A DNA stretch of 28,857 nucleotides. It comes from a virus (lineage: Duplodnaviria > Heunggongvirae > Uroviricota > Caudoviricetes). A program made the translations under genes and the position numbers. The stretch spans positions 1-28,857 of IMG/VR virus record IMGVR_UViG_2585427793_000015, one strand, 5' to 3'. The notes beneath the pieces are model-generated. The model worked only from the letters and a program-made list of their open reading frames with translations, was not told the origin of the DNA and did not search any database. Positions within the stretch are counted from its first letter, which is position 1. Every line of letters begins with the position of its first letter. Of this stretch, positions 1-9,753 are shown one piece after another.

Positions 1-975
1 TCATTCGGACGTGACCACAGCAAAATGCAGTCCCGGGTGATTAATCAATAACGGTTCACGGGGTCTGCTGGCTGTCTGCAACTGCATACTGTTAACTGGT
101 ACGGGGGAGCGGGTCCTGTATCCCGTCTGCAACTGTGCGCTGTTCATGGTCATGGGGTCCGTTGTCGGCAGACCTGAGTGCAATTGCGCCCTGCTGAGTA
201 CCAGTGGTTCTGCCGTCGGACGGGCGGCATAAAAGTTAATCCGGTTAATTGTCAGCGGCTTACCTGTCAGTGCCGGAACAAGTGCAAAATGCAGCCCTGC
301 ACAGTTAACCGTTAACGGTTCTTCTGGTTTATATCCGGCCTGAATCTGTATGCGATTAACGGATAATGGCGGACCGGACACAGCCTCATCGTTACCATCG
401 GTGTAAAAAAACTCATACCCTGTTCCACCCATGCGGTAATTTTTCAGGAGACATTCCAGCTCGCGGGTGCGTCCGCTGATTAATGGTGTCATGACATCAT
501 CAACACAGGTAAAACGCCCGGCGTCGCTGTCCTGAACCTCCACTTTCAGCAGCCAGCGATACCGCGCCGGATGCAGCGGGTACATGCAGTCGCGCAGGCA
601 GTGATGCGGCAGAACGGCCGTCACCTTGATGGTGAAGCCCAGCGCCGCAGCAGCGGCTTCAATCTGCCAGGTTGCCAGCCCACCCTTGCGGCGGTATTTC
701 TCCACCACGGCACGACGGCGGGCTTCCGTTGTGGTGGCGGCAATTCCGCATTCCGGCAGCGCCAGATACTGCTCCCACTCCGGCAGCAGCTGGAGCATGG
801 TTTCCGGGCGCATCTCCACATGCAGACGCGAGGCGTCGTATTCAATGCGGGTTAAACGCGCTGCAAGCGCCCTTAAAAAACGGTTTAAATCCGCGTCGTT
901 ATCACGCGGCCATGCTTTACCCCGTGGCATGACCTGTTGCAGTGCGGTCAGCCATTCCGTCACGCTGTGAGCCAT
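1..975 (-). CDS. Baseplate/tail protein, Mu gp48 (R)-like, with C-terminal tandem-repeat extension
   Basis: 324-aa ORF ending at the window edge (stop = revcomp of 1-3); position directly after the baseplate J-like gene as in Mu; C-terminal ~120 aa is about 7 imperfect ~17-aa repeats (PLTVN...QLQ.G). Confidence 0.55.
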   Translation of the reverse strand: MAHSVTEWLTALQQVMPRGKAWPRDNDADLNRFLRALAARLTRIEYDASRLHVEMRPETMLQLLPEWEQYLALPECGIAATTTEARRRAVVEKYRRKGGLATWQIEAAAAALGFTIKVTAVLPHHCLRDCMYPLHPARYRWLLKVEVQDSDAGRFTCVDDVMTPLISGRTRELECLLKNYRMGGTGYEFFYTDGNDEAVSGPPLSVNRIQIQAGYKPEEPLTVNCAGLHFALVPALTGKPLTINRINFYAARPTAEPLVLSRAQLHSGLPTTDPMTMNSAQLQTGYRTRSPVPVNSMQLQTASRPREPLLINHPGLHFAVVTSE

Positions 976-2036
976 GTCACCTCCCCGATGGTGATAAGCT
1001 CATCCACATCACTGGTGGTGTCTTCCCCGATGTTGAGAAAGTAATCTGTAATGCCGGATGTCATACCGATGGTCGTGCGCAGCGAGGACACCGGCAGCAT
1101 CTGACCAGGGGCCAGCGTTTTCTGTAATGCTGTCAGGTTTGCCCGGACGGCGTTCCTGTTCGCCTGGCCGTCCGGTGTCAGACGGATGGACAGGTCGACT
1201 TTCTTCAGCCTGACCTGAACCGGCCAGACCTCAATGCCGCCCGGTTTGCCCACCATAACCCCAGTGGCCGGGTGTTTGTGGCAGAACAGATACTGCTCCA
1301 TTGTCTTCAGGTCTTTGCGGGTCGGTACAATATCTTCACGGTCATCGTAAAGCCATGCCAGTCCGACCGTGCCGGGGCCGTGCCACGCATCCCACGCCCA
1401 CGCGCGGCTGACGCCAGCCACTTCGCGAGCCCAGATGACGTAATCATGCAGAGCACCGCCCACCGGGGGATTGCGACGCACATACAGCAGACGGTCCAGC
1501 AGCTCCGCGATGGATTCAGTGTCTGCGCCACCGGTGATGCCACCTTCAGCCACCACGCCTGCACTGGCCGTTCCGGGCAGCGGAGATAACAGGGTCAGCA
1601 CGGCACCGGCAGCAAGATTACCCGCCACCCCGGCTTCTTCAGCCTGCACAATGACGGTGACCTCGCCGTCCCGTACCTCACCGGATGTGAGCACCTGGTA
1701 CACCTGATTCGTGTCGGACTGCATCCGTGTTTCAGCCGGAAGGAGAGACTGACTGGTGAAGGTCACCGGCCCGCTGGCAAAGGTGGCCTGTTTGCGGATA
1801 ACCCCTTCATACGTTGCTGTTTTGATAATGGTTTCATCATCAGACGTGGCGGACGGGATTATCTGGTCCTTAATCCAGCTCTGATGGTCGTATAAATCCC
1901 GGACCTGACTGCTGAATGACACGTTCAGCGCCTGCTCAACACTGACAGGCGGCAGCTTTTGCAGGCCGAGTTCATACGCAATATCTTTTTCGCCGTCGGC
2001 AATCAGTTTGCCCAGCGTGGGGATTTCATACGGCAT
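960..2036 (-). CDS. Baseplate J-like protein (Mu gp47/W analog)
   Basis: 358-aa ORF; size and synteny between gp46-like and gp48-like genes; overlaps both neighbours as in tightly packed tail operons. Confidence 0.7.
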   Translation of the reverse strand: MPYEIPTLGKLIADGEKDIAYELGLQKLPPVSVEQALNVSFSSQVRDLYDHQSWIKDQIIPSATSDDETIIKTATYEGVIRKQATFASGPVTFTSQSLLPAETRMQSDTNQVYQVLTSGEVRDGEVTVIVQAEEAGVAGNLAAGAVLTLLSPLPGTASAGVVAEGGITGGADTESIAELLDRLLYVRRNPPVGGALHDYVIWAREVAGVSRAWAWDAWHGPGTVGLAWLYDDREDIVPTRKDLKTMEQYLFCHKHPATGVMVGKPGGIEVWPVQVRLKKVDLSIRLTPDGQANRNAVRANLTALQKTLAPGQMLPVSSLRTTIGMTSGITDYFLNIGEDTTSDVDELITIGEVTWLTA

Positions 2037-2478
2037 TAATGGTGGCCTCCCATCGACGGGGGATTTCGATTGTGAGCGTGGTTTTGTCCGGGCGGGTTAA
2101 CACCACCTGAAAGGCAATACAGTCAGGGACGATGATTCTGGCCGTGACAGTGGCGTTACGGGCGTAACCGGCCCGCAGCAGCGGTTGCATGGACAGCCGT
2201 GCGTAATCTTCCACGCGCAGGCGGACATCTTCCGTCAGCTTTTCACGCTCAAGCAGCCACAGGCGGGAACCCCACGAAAAATCGCTGTATGTGTCGCCCG
2301 GCCAGCCACGCGGGTCGCCGGAACCATCAGGGATGACATCATCGTCATCAGCGCGGGCATCGGTGAAAAGGCAGATAAGAACCTGAGTGACCAGCCCCTC
2401 ATCCCGTGAGAGGCCGTTATGGGTGACGGTGATGTCACCCCGTGAGAGCATGTTATTCCAGCGGATTCCTGTCGTCAT
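2026..2478 (-). CDS. Baseplate protein, Mu gp46 (V)-like
   Basis: 150-aa ORF in the conserved position between baseplate spike and baseplate J genes; 4-bp overlap with the upstream gene. Confidence 0.6.
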   Translation of the reverse strand: MTTGIRWNNMLSRGDITVTHNGLSRDEGLVTQVLICLFTDARADDDDVIPDGSGDPRGWPGDTYSDFSWGSRLWLLEREKLTEDVRLRVEDYARLSMQPLLRAGYARNATVTARIIVPDCIAFQVVLTRPDKTTLTIEIPRRWEATINAV

Positions 2479-3011
2479 ACGGGCGGTGATGTCTTCTCAT
2501 TGTCGCCGTCCTTATGAATATGATTGCTGAAAGATTTACCGTTGATGGTGACATCTTCAGTAAATTCACAGGGACCGACGAATTTCATTTGTTTACCGAT
2601 AATATTCAGCAATTCGTCGGCGGTGAGATTTACCGTTTTCCCTGAAACGTCTAATTGTTCCCCTGTTATTTCAATAACGCCGTTTTCCTTCAGGGTAATG
2701 TGTGATTTTCCGTCCCGGTGATACAGCCGGACGTCGCCGGGGGACAGGTCTTTAGGGCGACATCGCTTGTCCTCCACTGCGATGGCAACCAGCCCGTCAC
2801 GCCGTCCGCCAACGGCCAGCACTATGGCTTCAGAACCTTCCGGCGGAACGGAAGTAAAACCGTAATTCTGGAAGCGTTCCACGTCGTCATCGGTGGCATC
2901 TGCCAGCGTCTGGATTTGCAGGTTCTGCCGCTCCAGACTGTCAGACACCATGCGGACAATGGCACGGTCAACCATCAGCCGCAGACGGCGGGTAATTGCG
3001 CTTAATCCCAT
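2475..3011 (-). CDS. Baseplate assembly protein V / spike (Mu gp45-like)
   Basis: 178-aa ORF; pattern typical of phage baseplate V proteins (LAVGGRRDGLVAI...; C-terminal GKSF..H.H); synteny. Confidence 0.7.
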   Translation of the reverse strand: MGLSAITRRLRLMVDRAIVRMVSDSLERQNLQIQTLADATDDDVERFQNYGFTSVPPEGSEAIVLAVGGRRDGLVAIAVEDKRCRPKDLSPGDVRLYHRDGKSHITLKENGVIEITGEQLDVSGKTVNLTADELLNIIGKQMKFVGPCEFTEDVTINGKSFSNHIHKDGDNEKTSPPV

Positions 3012-4075
3012 GTGACCACCGCTTTTGCTGATTTCTTCGTTTTCACTTTCATTTCCGGCATGTCCAGTGATTCAGGCGGAACCAGCGCCAGAACCGTTAT
3101 CCGCCCCTGTGCACCATCCGTCCAGGTCACCCCGGATATCAACCAGGTGGTTTTCAGGTTCTGAATACTGTCGTCGATATCAACAAGGCGGTTGGTCTGC
3201 CACAGCGGGCCGCTGTCGCCCTGTTCGCGCCAGCCTGCCACCGTGATTTCCGTCGTGCGGGCCTCTCCCAGCATCCGGGCTTTGAACCATTCCCCGCGAA
3301 TGCTGGCTCCACCCACGGTCAGACTGTCTTCATTGACCAGAATGCGCGGGCGGTAACGGTTAATTTCCGGGTCTTCGGTGATGTACTGGCGACCGCCCAC
3401 CATCGAGGCAGGCTGGCTGTCCCACAGTTTGCCACCGGCACTGGTGGTGCCCTTGATGATGTACTGACTGTTACGCTCCCGCCAGCTGAAGCGCCCACGG
3501 GCGGCGAGGATATTTTTTCCCAGCACCAGTGAGACACCTGCGCGAACGGAAGAGGCGCGGGTGATAATCAGGTTACCCCCTCCGTCAGACGTCAGCAGAA
3601 CGCCGCGCTGTTTTGCCAGCCGGTCGAGCAGTTCAAAGCCCGTTTCACCCTGTTCCAGAACGACAGACGCAAACGCCTCCCCGGTCGGGGTTTCCGTGAT
3701 GACGGTTATCCCGAACGGGCGGCAGACATCAGCCGCCACCTGTTCAAGCCGCACGCCTTTCCATTTCCCGGACGAATGCACCACAGAGCAGTCCACCAGG
3801 TCACCGGTTTTGTCGCGCCCCATGACGCGAATCTCCACGTTTTCTGCGTCATAGCTGGGAATAAAATCATCGATATACCCCGTCAGCACGGTATCCGCAC
3901 CCAGCCTGACCGTGCAGGGTTGCCCCTCACGAATCACGCGCGGTGCCGCCGCTGACCAGCGGGTTGTCACACTGAGATCAAACTCACCGGCAATCGCCTT
4001 CAGGGAACGACTGACGGACATTTCCGTCCAGCCTTCCCACAATTTGCCGTCAACGGTAAGAATCACGGAGCCCAT
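3002..4075 (-). CDS. Baseplate hub / late tail protein (Mu gp44 P, P2 gpD-like)
   Basis: 357-aa ORF between the N-like and baseplate V genes; size and synteny. Confidence 0.65.
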   Translation of the reverse strand: MGSVILTVDGKLWEGWTEMSVSRSLKAIAGEFDLSVTTRWSAAAPRVIREGQPCTVRLGADTVLTGYIDDFIPSYDAENVEIRVMGRDKTGDLVDCSVVHSSGKWKGVRLEQVAADVCRPFGITVITETPTGEAFASVVLEQGETGFELLDRLAKQRGVLLTSDGGGNLIITRASSVRAGVSLVLGKNILAARGRFSWRERNSQYIIKGTTSAGGKLWDSQPASMVGGRQYITEDPEINRYRPRILVNEDSLTVGGASIRGEWFKARMLGEARTTEITVAGWREQGDSGPLWQTNRLVDIDDSIQNLKTTWLISGVTWTDGAQGRITVLALVPPESLDMPEMKVKTKKSAKAVVTWD

Positions 4076-5349
4076 CAGTCGGTAATCTCCACAGGTTGCG
4101 TTGGCAGTATGAATGACGGATGGCGCAGGCGGTTACGCTGCACGATTTCATCCCGTCGGCTGGTGTCACCATGCTCGCGCCATGCCAGCAATGCGGCAGA
4201 TGTGGTTGTGGTCAGCGTCACCTGCCGGGTTTCCGGCAGACGGGCGGCACGCTCGCGGGCATCCGTAATCACGGCCTGCCGTAAATCACGCAGCGTTCGC
4301 CACAATGCCCGCTGGTTATTTTCCACCGCCGCGACCGCCTGCTCATGCAGTTCAGCCGCCAGCGCGTCACCGGCAGATAATGCCGCATCACTGGTATCGA
4401 ACGTCATCGAGGCCACGGCACTGGCCTGTCCCAGCAGGGTTTCCAGCACAACCACCTGGCGGAAGTCGTCAATGTTCTTCTGCAGGCTGTCAGATACCGG
4501 CTGATAATCCGCTGACAGCCCGATGGCAAAGCCGATTTCACCGTCTGCCACGCTGCCGGGCTTCACGGTGATATCTTCCGGCAGTGCGCCAGTGGCAACC
4601 TGTCGGGCGCGCTCTCCGGCCCACTGGTTGCGTAATGTCGTGTAAACCGCCAGTGCTTCGGGTGATTCCGTCACCAGATCAACCACGCCGTCAATGAGCG
4701 AGGACAGCTCACTGACCAGACGACCCGGCGTGGCAATAATGGTTCCGGCCATCTCCTTAAAATGGTTCAGCCTGTCCATCCACTGATTCAGTGCCGTCGG
4801 TAACGTGGGCAGGTTGGCCACAAGGTTTTCCATATCGGCCAGAAAGCTGTCGGCCATCTCACCCAGCCCGTCAGGTGCACCGAACCAGTTGCCATCGTCA
4901 ATGGCCGCTTTTACCGCATCAATGCCCGTCAGCACTTCCTGCTGCGTGTTATCCGCCGCAGACGGGAACAGACGCTCGCCTGCCTCAAACACTTCAAATG
5001 TGACATACGCAATGCCGTCTTCCTCCGTGCTGAGGCGATGGGTGACCTTGCCAACCTGTACGGTCTGTATCCCGAACCACGGATGGATAAGCTCGCCGGG
5101 GCCGGGGGGATTGAGCGCATCTAAAAGGGCGTTTAAATCAGCCTGGAAGTTGCTACCCAACAGCTTCGCGTTAATCTGCTGTTGCCCCGGAACGGCCCCG
5201 TTATCATCCGTCCAGGCGGTTTCACGCCGGGGATAAGCACGGGGAATGGCACGACGGCCACCTGTGCCTTCCGTATCCACCAGAAAAAAAGGGACACCGC
5301 GAAACGAGGCGTCGCGCAGCCCGTCCCATTTGCCTTTGCTTGTTGTCAT
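4075..5349 (-). CDS. DNA circularization protein N-like (Mu gp43)
   Basis: 424-aa ORF immediately downstream of the tape measure gene (1-nt overlap); size and position as Mu N. Confidence 0.6.
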   Translation of the reverse strand: MTTSKGKWDGLRDASFRGVPFFLVDTEGTGGRRAIPRAYPRRETAWTDDNGAVPGQQQINAKLLGSNFQADLNALLDALNPPGPGELIHPWFGIQTVQVGKVTHRLSTEEDGIAYVTFEVFEAGERLFPSAADNTQQEVLTGIDAVKAAIDDGNWFGAPDGLGEMADSFLADMENLVANLPTLPTALNQWMDRLNHFKEMAGTIIATPGRLVSELSSLIDGVVDLVTESPEALAVYTTLRNQWAGERARQVATGALPEDITVKPGSVADGEIGFAIGLSADYQPVSDSLQKNIDDFRQVVVLETLLGQASAVASMTFDTSDAALSAGDALAAELHEQAVAAVENNQRALWRTLRDLRQAVITDARERAARLPETRQVTLTTTTSAALLAWREHGDTSRRDEIVQRNRLRHPSFILPTQPVEITD

Positions 5350-7205
5350 TACCCTTGCTCCACGCTGGTGACGCCAGCCTGCGCACTGAGTCTGACGCCG
5401 GGTTGATCCACTCTGACGCTTTTCACGCGGGCGTCACCTTCCACCACCACACGGATTTCCCCCTGCAATTGCTGCGGAAGGAAAGGATAATTCTGTGTGG
5501 GTTGCATACCTGCCCACGGTCGCGGGTCGGCAATGTTCTTGTCACCCAGTGAATTGAACCAGTCTGTTACCTTACGCCAGACGGATTCCAGTGCTTTCTG
5601 GTTGTCCTGGCTTTGTTGCGCGAACTCGCGCTCCCACGGGCTGGCGTCAGTGGCACCGGCAACGGATTTAGTGAGCGTGTCAACCTCGCCCGGCAGGGCG
5701 TGTTGCGTGGTCAGAAAATCGTAAAATTCCAGACCAGCAGCAATGATGCCTGCACCTTTACCTGCCTTTCCTCCACGGTTCCCCGGACCTTGTGGATTGC
5801 GGGAGTTACGGGGATTGCGCGATGAATCCGGCGCATCCGGCAGACCACCGGTATTACCCTTCATCCCGCCACTGCCCATATTGACCACATAAACCGGCAT
5901 CACACCGGAGCCGAAAACATCCGTAATGCCGCCGGGTATCCCTTTGCCTTTCTCTTTGGGATTCATGATGTCGTGAATGGTTTTACCGAACTGGTACGTC
6001 TTTCTGATGGCGATAATGCCACCCAGCGCGATCGCCATATACTTACCGACCTGCAACCAGTTCTGGACAGTGTTCTGGTCCACGCTGTTGAGCGCATCAG
6101 CCAGTTCCTGAACGGGCTTTGCCAGTTGTCCTTCAGCAAAACGTTGCCATTCGTTATTCAGTGATTGCATTGCAGCATTAAAGCCTTCGGCATTGGTCTG
6201 TGCGGCCTTTTGCGTGGAACCCAGATCAATCGTGCCGTAAATCATTTGTTCCATCAGTTGCCGGTTTTCAGGGTTGAGCAGCGCCTTAATCCCCTGCATC
6301 CCGGTCAGATCAAACACATCCTGAAGTTTCAGCGGGTCGTATTTGGCCCGTTTAAGGATTTCCATCATCAGCTCATAGGGCTTTTTGATGTCTTTTGTGC
6401 CTTTGACAAAAACGTCAATGCCGTTTTTTTTCAGGAACTCAATGTTCTTTTTGTCCGACAGGGAGGCATACATGGCCTGAATACTGGTTACCGTCTCATC
6501 AATGCTGCCTTTGTTTTTGGCGAACACCTGAGCAAATGCCCCCATCTGGGCAATGGCTTCCGGTCCCTGATCCTGAATGATGGAAAACAGTTTCGGGGCA
6601 GCGCGGGCAACATCGGCAACGCTGACAGACCCCACTGCGAACTGCGAATACAGCCTGTCCATCATGTTATTGACCGCATCAGCACCCCGAACGTTTTTTT
6701 CCCAGAACTGGGCCATCAGCCCGGCTGCAACCTGTCCGTCAACACCGAACGCCTGCATCATCAACCCCATGTTGCGGAGGTTGTCCACCACATACTGATA
6801 ATCACCGGTTTTCCCCAGAAGTTCGCTGGCCCCCTGACCAAGCGCAGAGGCATCAATACGAATATCTTTCTGGTTCGATACATCCCTGATTTTGTCGTGA
6901 AGCGTCTTTACCTGTTCAGTGGTTAACTGGGCATCCGTACCCATCCGGCGCATCTGCGCATCAAAATCGGCAACCTGTTTGATAGTAAGACTACTGCCAA
7001 GCCCGGCTATCATTGCCGTGTAGCGGTTACCCAGCACGTCGAGGCCACGTGTGGCAGATTCCGTAGTGGCTTTAACAAGGCGCATAGCCTTCTGATGGTT
7101 CCGGGCGAACTGCGACATGTTTGCGCCGTATTGCCGGGCTTTGGCGGTCAGGTTCCCGGCAAGGTTGATCATGATTTCCGTGCTGAGACGGTTACCTGTT
7201 GCCAT
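5349..7205 (-). CDS. Tail tape measure protein
   Basis: 618-aa ORF, Ala/Gly/Gln-rich with predicted helical segments and a glycine-rich C-terminus (GSGGMKGNTGG); follows the tail chaperone gene. Confidence 0.75.
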   Translation of the reverse strand: MATGNRLSTEIMINLAGNLTAKARQYGANMSQFARNHQKAMRLVKATTESATRGLDVLGNRYTAMIAGLGSSLTIKQVADFDAQMRRMGTDAQLTTEQVKTLHDKIRDVSNQKDIRIDASALGQGASELLGKTGDYQYVVDNLRNMGLMMQAFGVDGQVAAGLMAQFWEKNVRGADAVNNMMDRLYSQFAVGSVSVADVARAAPKLFSIIQDQGPEAIAQMGAFAQVFAKNKGSIDETVTSIQAMYASLSDKKNIEFLKKNGIDVFVKGTKDIKKPYELMMEILKRAKYDPLKLQDVFDLTGMQGIKALLNPENRQLMEQMIYGTIDLGSTQKAAQTNAEGFNAAMQSLNNEWQRFAEGQLAKPVQELADALNSVDQNTVQNWLQVGKYMAIALGGIIAIRKTYQFGKTIHDIMNPKEKGKGIPGGITDVFGSGVMPVYVVNMGSGGMKGNTGGLPDAPDSSRNPRNSRNPQGPGNRGGKAGKGAGIIAAGLEFYDFLTTQHALPGEVDTLTKSVAGATDASPWEREFAQQSQDNQKALESVWRKVTDWFNSLGDKNIADPRPWAGMQPTQNYPFLPQQLQGEIRVVVEGDARVKSVRVDQPGVRLSAQAGVTSVEQG

Positions 7206-7401
7206 GCTGTTTCTCCAGTTGCTTTATCAGGCGGAACAGCTGTCGCAGGGGCAGCTGTTCCAGGTACTGAATGCTGAATCGCGAAGACAGGTTAACCAGC
7301 AGGTTCATCAGTGCCGCCGCCAGCGGCATCAGTTCGCCCCCGCGTTGCCACCTCCTCAAGCATTTCATCCAGCGCAGCGGCTTTCGTGCTGATAAGTTCA
7401 A
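7192..7401 (-). CDS. Possible frameshift extension of the tail assembly chaperone (G/GT-type)
   Basis: Alternative-frame ORF overlapping the chaperone 3' end (7292-7401) and running into the tape measure start; a G5 run lies in the overlap. Not supportable as an independent gene. Confidence 0.3.
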   Translation of the reverse strand: MNLSARKPLRWMKCLRRWQRGGELMPLAAALMNLLVNLSSRFSIQYLEQLPLRQLFRLIKQLEKQHGNR

Positions 7402-7687
7402 GGTCTGCCGGGTGGAGCATTCGCAGCTGTTTCATGTCCAGCGGGCCGGGGATATTACCGATTGACGCAACCTGACGGCGCATCATCTCCAGCCCCATCA
7501 GCACTTCCGAGCAGTAAGCCACCGCCTTTCCGTTCCCGCCCATGACGACGCGTTCTGCGGCCAGTTGCGCATCAATCACGTCACTGGCGGTCAGTTCGCG
7601 CAGTTTCACGGTTTTATGCAGGGTTTCATCTGCCGTGCCTTTGCCGGTCAGAAGCCCGTGTTTCAGTTCAAATTCCATTGCGGCCAT
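7292..7687 (-). CDS. Tail assembly chaperone (Mu gp41-like)
   Basis: 131-aa acidic ORF between the tail tube and tape measure genes; start abuts the tube stop. Confidence 0.6.
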   Translation of the reverse strand: MAAMEFELKHGLLTGKGTADETLHKTVKLRELTASDVIDAQLAAERVVMGGNGKAVAYCSEVLMGLEMMRRQVASIGNIPGPLDMKQLRMLHPADLELISTKAAALDEMLEEVATRGRTDAAGGGTDEPAG

Positions 7688-7688
7688 G

Positions 7689-8045
7689 TCACACCTTCAC
7701 GCATTTTTCACCGATAAAGTTCGCACTGATGGTGCCGGAATCCTCGTCCAGCTCCGCCGGGTTATCCGTGGCTGAACCCGTCATCATGTAGTTCAGGCCG
7801 TTGTCGCCGTAGAACATCACCGTGACGTCTTCCCAGCTGCTGATTTCAATCACGTCCATATCCGCTGCTGCCGCAATGGTCACCTTGATGGACGGCGAGG
7901 CCATCTTGCTGGAGATGCCCCAGACCTTGCCGCCGCCCATATGCTGGGTGCGGCTGAAGCCGCCCGGATTCAGTATGGATTTCCCCTCGGTTTTAATTTC
8001 GCGGCCATTCACGCGAATGGTCGCCATGCCAAGAATTTTTGCCAT
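7689..8045 (-). CDS. Tail tube protein (Mu gp40 M-like)
   Basis: 118-aa ORF directly downstream of the sheath gene; size and synteny typical of contractile-tail tube proteins. Confidence 0.75.
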   Translation of the reverse strand: MAKILGMATIRVNGREIKTEGKSILNPGGFSRTQHMGGGKVWGISSKMASPSIKVTIAAAADMDVIEISSWEDVTVMFYGDNGLNYMMTGSATDNPAELDEDSGTISANFIGEKCVKV

Positions 8046-8054
8046 GCGGCCCCC

Positions 8055-9530
8055 TTAAAGTTTGAACTGAATCAGGCCTGCCAGCACACGCAGCTGGTTC
8101 ACCAGATTCGGGTGGCAGATAAAGTTCAGGCGGTTTTTATCACTGCTGTCGCGTGTCACCTGAAGCGTGTCCCTGTAATCGCTGAAGTTCTCCACAAGGC
8201 CCGCCGGGAGGAGTTCGGTCTGGCAGATATCCAGCAGCTCTGCGGTGCACAGCTTCGGCGTCATCACCGGCTGCCCCGCATCCAGCGAGTCCAGCACGTC
8301 ATCGTCCGCCAGCTTGTGGCGCGGATAACGGTTCGTGAAACGGTTCTTGATGATGTAACGGATACGGCCCAGCGTGGCGGGTGACTGCACATCCAGGTAC
8401 GACACATCCGCATCACCGTACTGATTAACCCGGTACATGGTGATTTCACGCTCGATGCAGACGTTATCCCCGGCGTCCACCATGTGCGTGGCAATGCCGT
8501 CATGCAGCAGCAGGTTACGTTCCGGCATATCCCAGCGAACATTACGCGCAGGCGGCAGAATGCCGGTCAGAACCAGCGTCTGAAGCGGACGCGCCGGGTC
8601 AATGGCAAGGTGATACGCTGCCGTTGCGCCGTATGACGCGGCCCACATCCACGCCGGGTGCGGTGACAGGTTGGTGCCGATACAGCTAATCAGCCAGTCA
8701 TTGCGGGTTTCACCAAACGTGCCGGTTTCCCCGTGCGTGCCACGAAACGCTGTCCACAGCTGCGCCTCCATCATTTTGAGCGGCCCCCAGCGATTCAGCA
8801 GTTCATCACGCAGGGTGTTCAGGCTTTTCGTGTCGGTGAACGGGGCGATGATATCGGTAAACCACTCCGGGCCGATGGCCGCAACGGCATCCGCCATTTC
8901 CGGTGTCCCGGTGCCGTCGGTAAACGCGGTTGCGGTCACCTTCACACCTGCCGGGAAGGCTTCACCGGTGTAGTAGTTCAGGCGAACGTCGGCACCGTTG
9001 CCGGTGACGCCGTGCCAGTTCACGGTCAGCTCCACGGTATCCGTGGCATCATCCTTCACCGCAGCGGCCACCTGCGTGGCAGGCTTTTTCGTCACCGCAT
9101 CAGCAATGGCTTTTGCAATGTTTTCCTTCGTAGCCCCGGCGCTCACGCTCACCTGAACGGACACACCGTTAATCAGCAGTGCCACCGTTCCGGCTTCAGT
9201 CGCTGTCCCCAGCACGGTCAGCGTGGCTTTTGCGGCAGCGCCTTCAGGCGCGGCAACCGGCATTGCCCAGGGTTCCGTGTACGTGTTGGCACGACGCAGC
9301 ATTTTGAGCATTTCAGCCAGCATCGACCCTTTGCCATAAAGCTGGTCTGCCTGGCTGTCACTGGTGATGCGGGTCAGTGACAGGGCGTCTGCGCTGCCGG
9401 ACGATACCGCATGGCCCATGACCAGAATTTTTCGGCCTTGCGCGGATGCACCATCCAGCGCCTGTGAATTGTCGATATCGATCCAGACAAGCGGGACGCG
9501 GATATCATCAGGAATTGAACCCAGCGACAT
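8055..9530 (-). CDS. Tail sheath protein (Mu gp39 L-like)
   Basis: ORF trimmed to Met24 (MSLGSIPDD...), which has an AAGAGGAAG ribosome-binding site 7 nt upstream; ~491 aa; followed by the tube gene. Confidence 0.85.
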   Translation of the reverse strand: MSLGSIPDDIRVPLVWIDIDNSQALDGASAQGRKILVMGHAVSSGSADALSLTRITSDSQADQLYGKGSMLAEMLKMLRRANTYTEPWAMPVAAPEGAAAKATLTVLGTATEAGTVALLINGVSVQVSVSAGATKENIAKAIADAVTKKPATQVAAAVKDDATDTVELTVNWHGVTGNGADVRLNYYTGEAFPAGVKVTATAFTDGTGTPEMADAVAAIGPEWFTDIIAPFTDTKSLNTLRDELLNRWGPLKMMEAQLWTAFRGTHGETGTFGETRNDWLISCIGTNLSPHPAWMWAASYGATAAYHLAIDPARPLQTLVLTGILPPARNVRWDMPERNLLLHDGIATHMVDAGDNVCIEREITMYRVNQYGDADVSYLDVQSPATLGRIRYIIKNRFTNRYPRHKLADDDVLDSLDAGQPVMTPKLCTAELLDICQTELLPAGLVENFSDYRDTLQVTRDSSDKNRLNFICHPNLVNQLRVLAGLIQFKL

Positions 9531-9534
9531 AGAT

Positions 9535-9753
9535 TTACTTCCTCTTTCGTTTCTGGTTTTTGGTTTCAGAACGGGATGTTTCTGCCGGAATATCAGCAAT
9601 CACCACATCCCCTTCGGCTTCACGACGTCGCCAGTACGCCCCGACGTCGAGACGTTCCCCTTCCGGGGATAAATGCGCGCCATCCGGTTTACGGACACGG
9701 ATGCTTTCCCGCGCTGGCTTAATCAGTTTCTGTTCCATCGTCACCCCGTACAT
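9535..9753 (-). CDS. Small hypothetical protein (Mu gp38 position)
   Basis: 72-aa ORF with a lysine-rich C-terminus; stop (9535-9537) lies 5 bp before the sheath start; overlaps the upstream gene 3' end. Confidence 0.4.
   Translation of the reverse strand: MYGVTMEQKLIKPARESIRVRKPDGAHLSPEGERLDVGAYWRRREAEGDVVIADIPAETSRSETKNQKRKRK

Noticed and set aside
6165-6926. 253-aa plus-strand ORF
   Set aside because: Lies entirely antisense to the tape measure gene; His/Phe/Leu-rich with no start context. Typical shadow ORF.
8733-9380. 215-aa plus-strand ORF
   Set aside because: Antisense to the tail sheath gene; Arg/His/Gly-rich.
8055-9599. 514-aa version of the sheath ORF
   Set aside because: The ATG at 9599 overlaps the upstream gene by 65 nt; the internal ATG at 9530 has a strong AAGAGGAAG site and sits 5 bp after the upstream stop.
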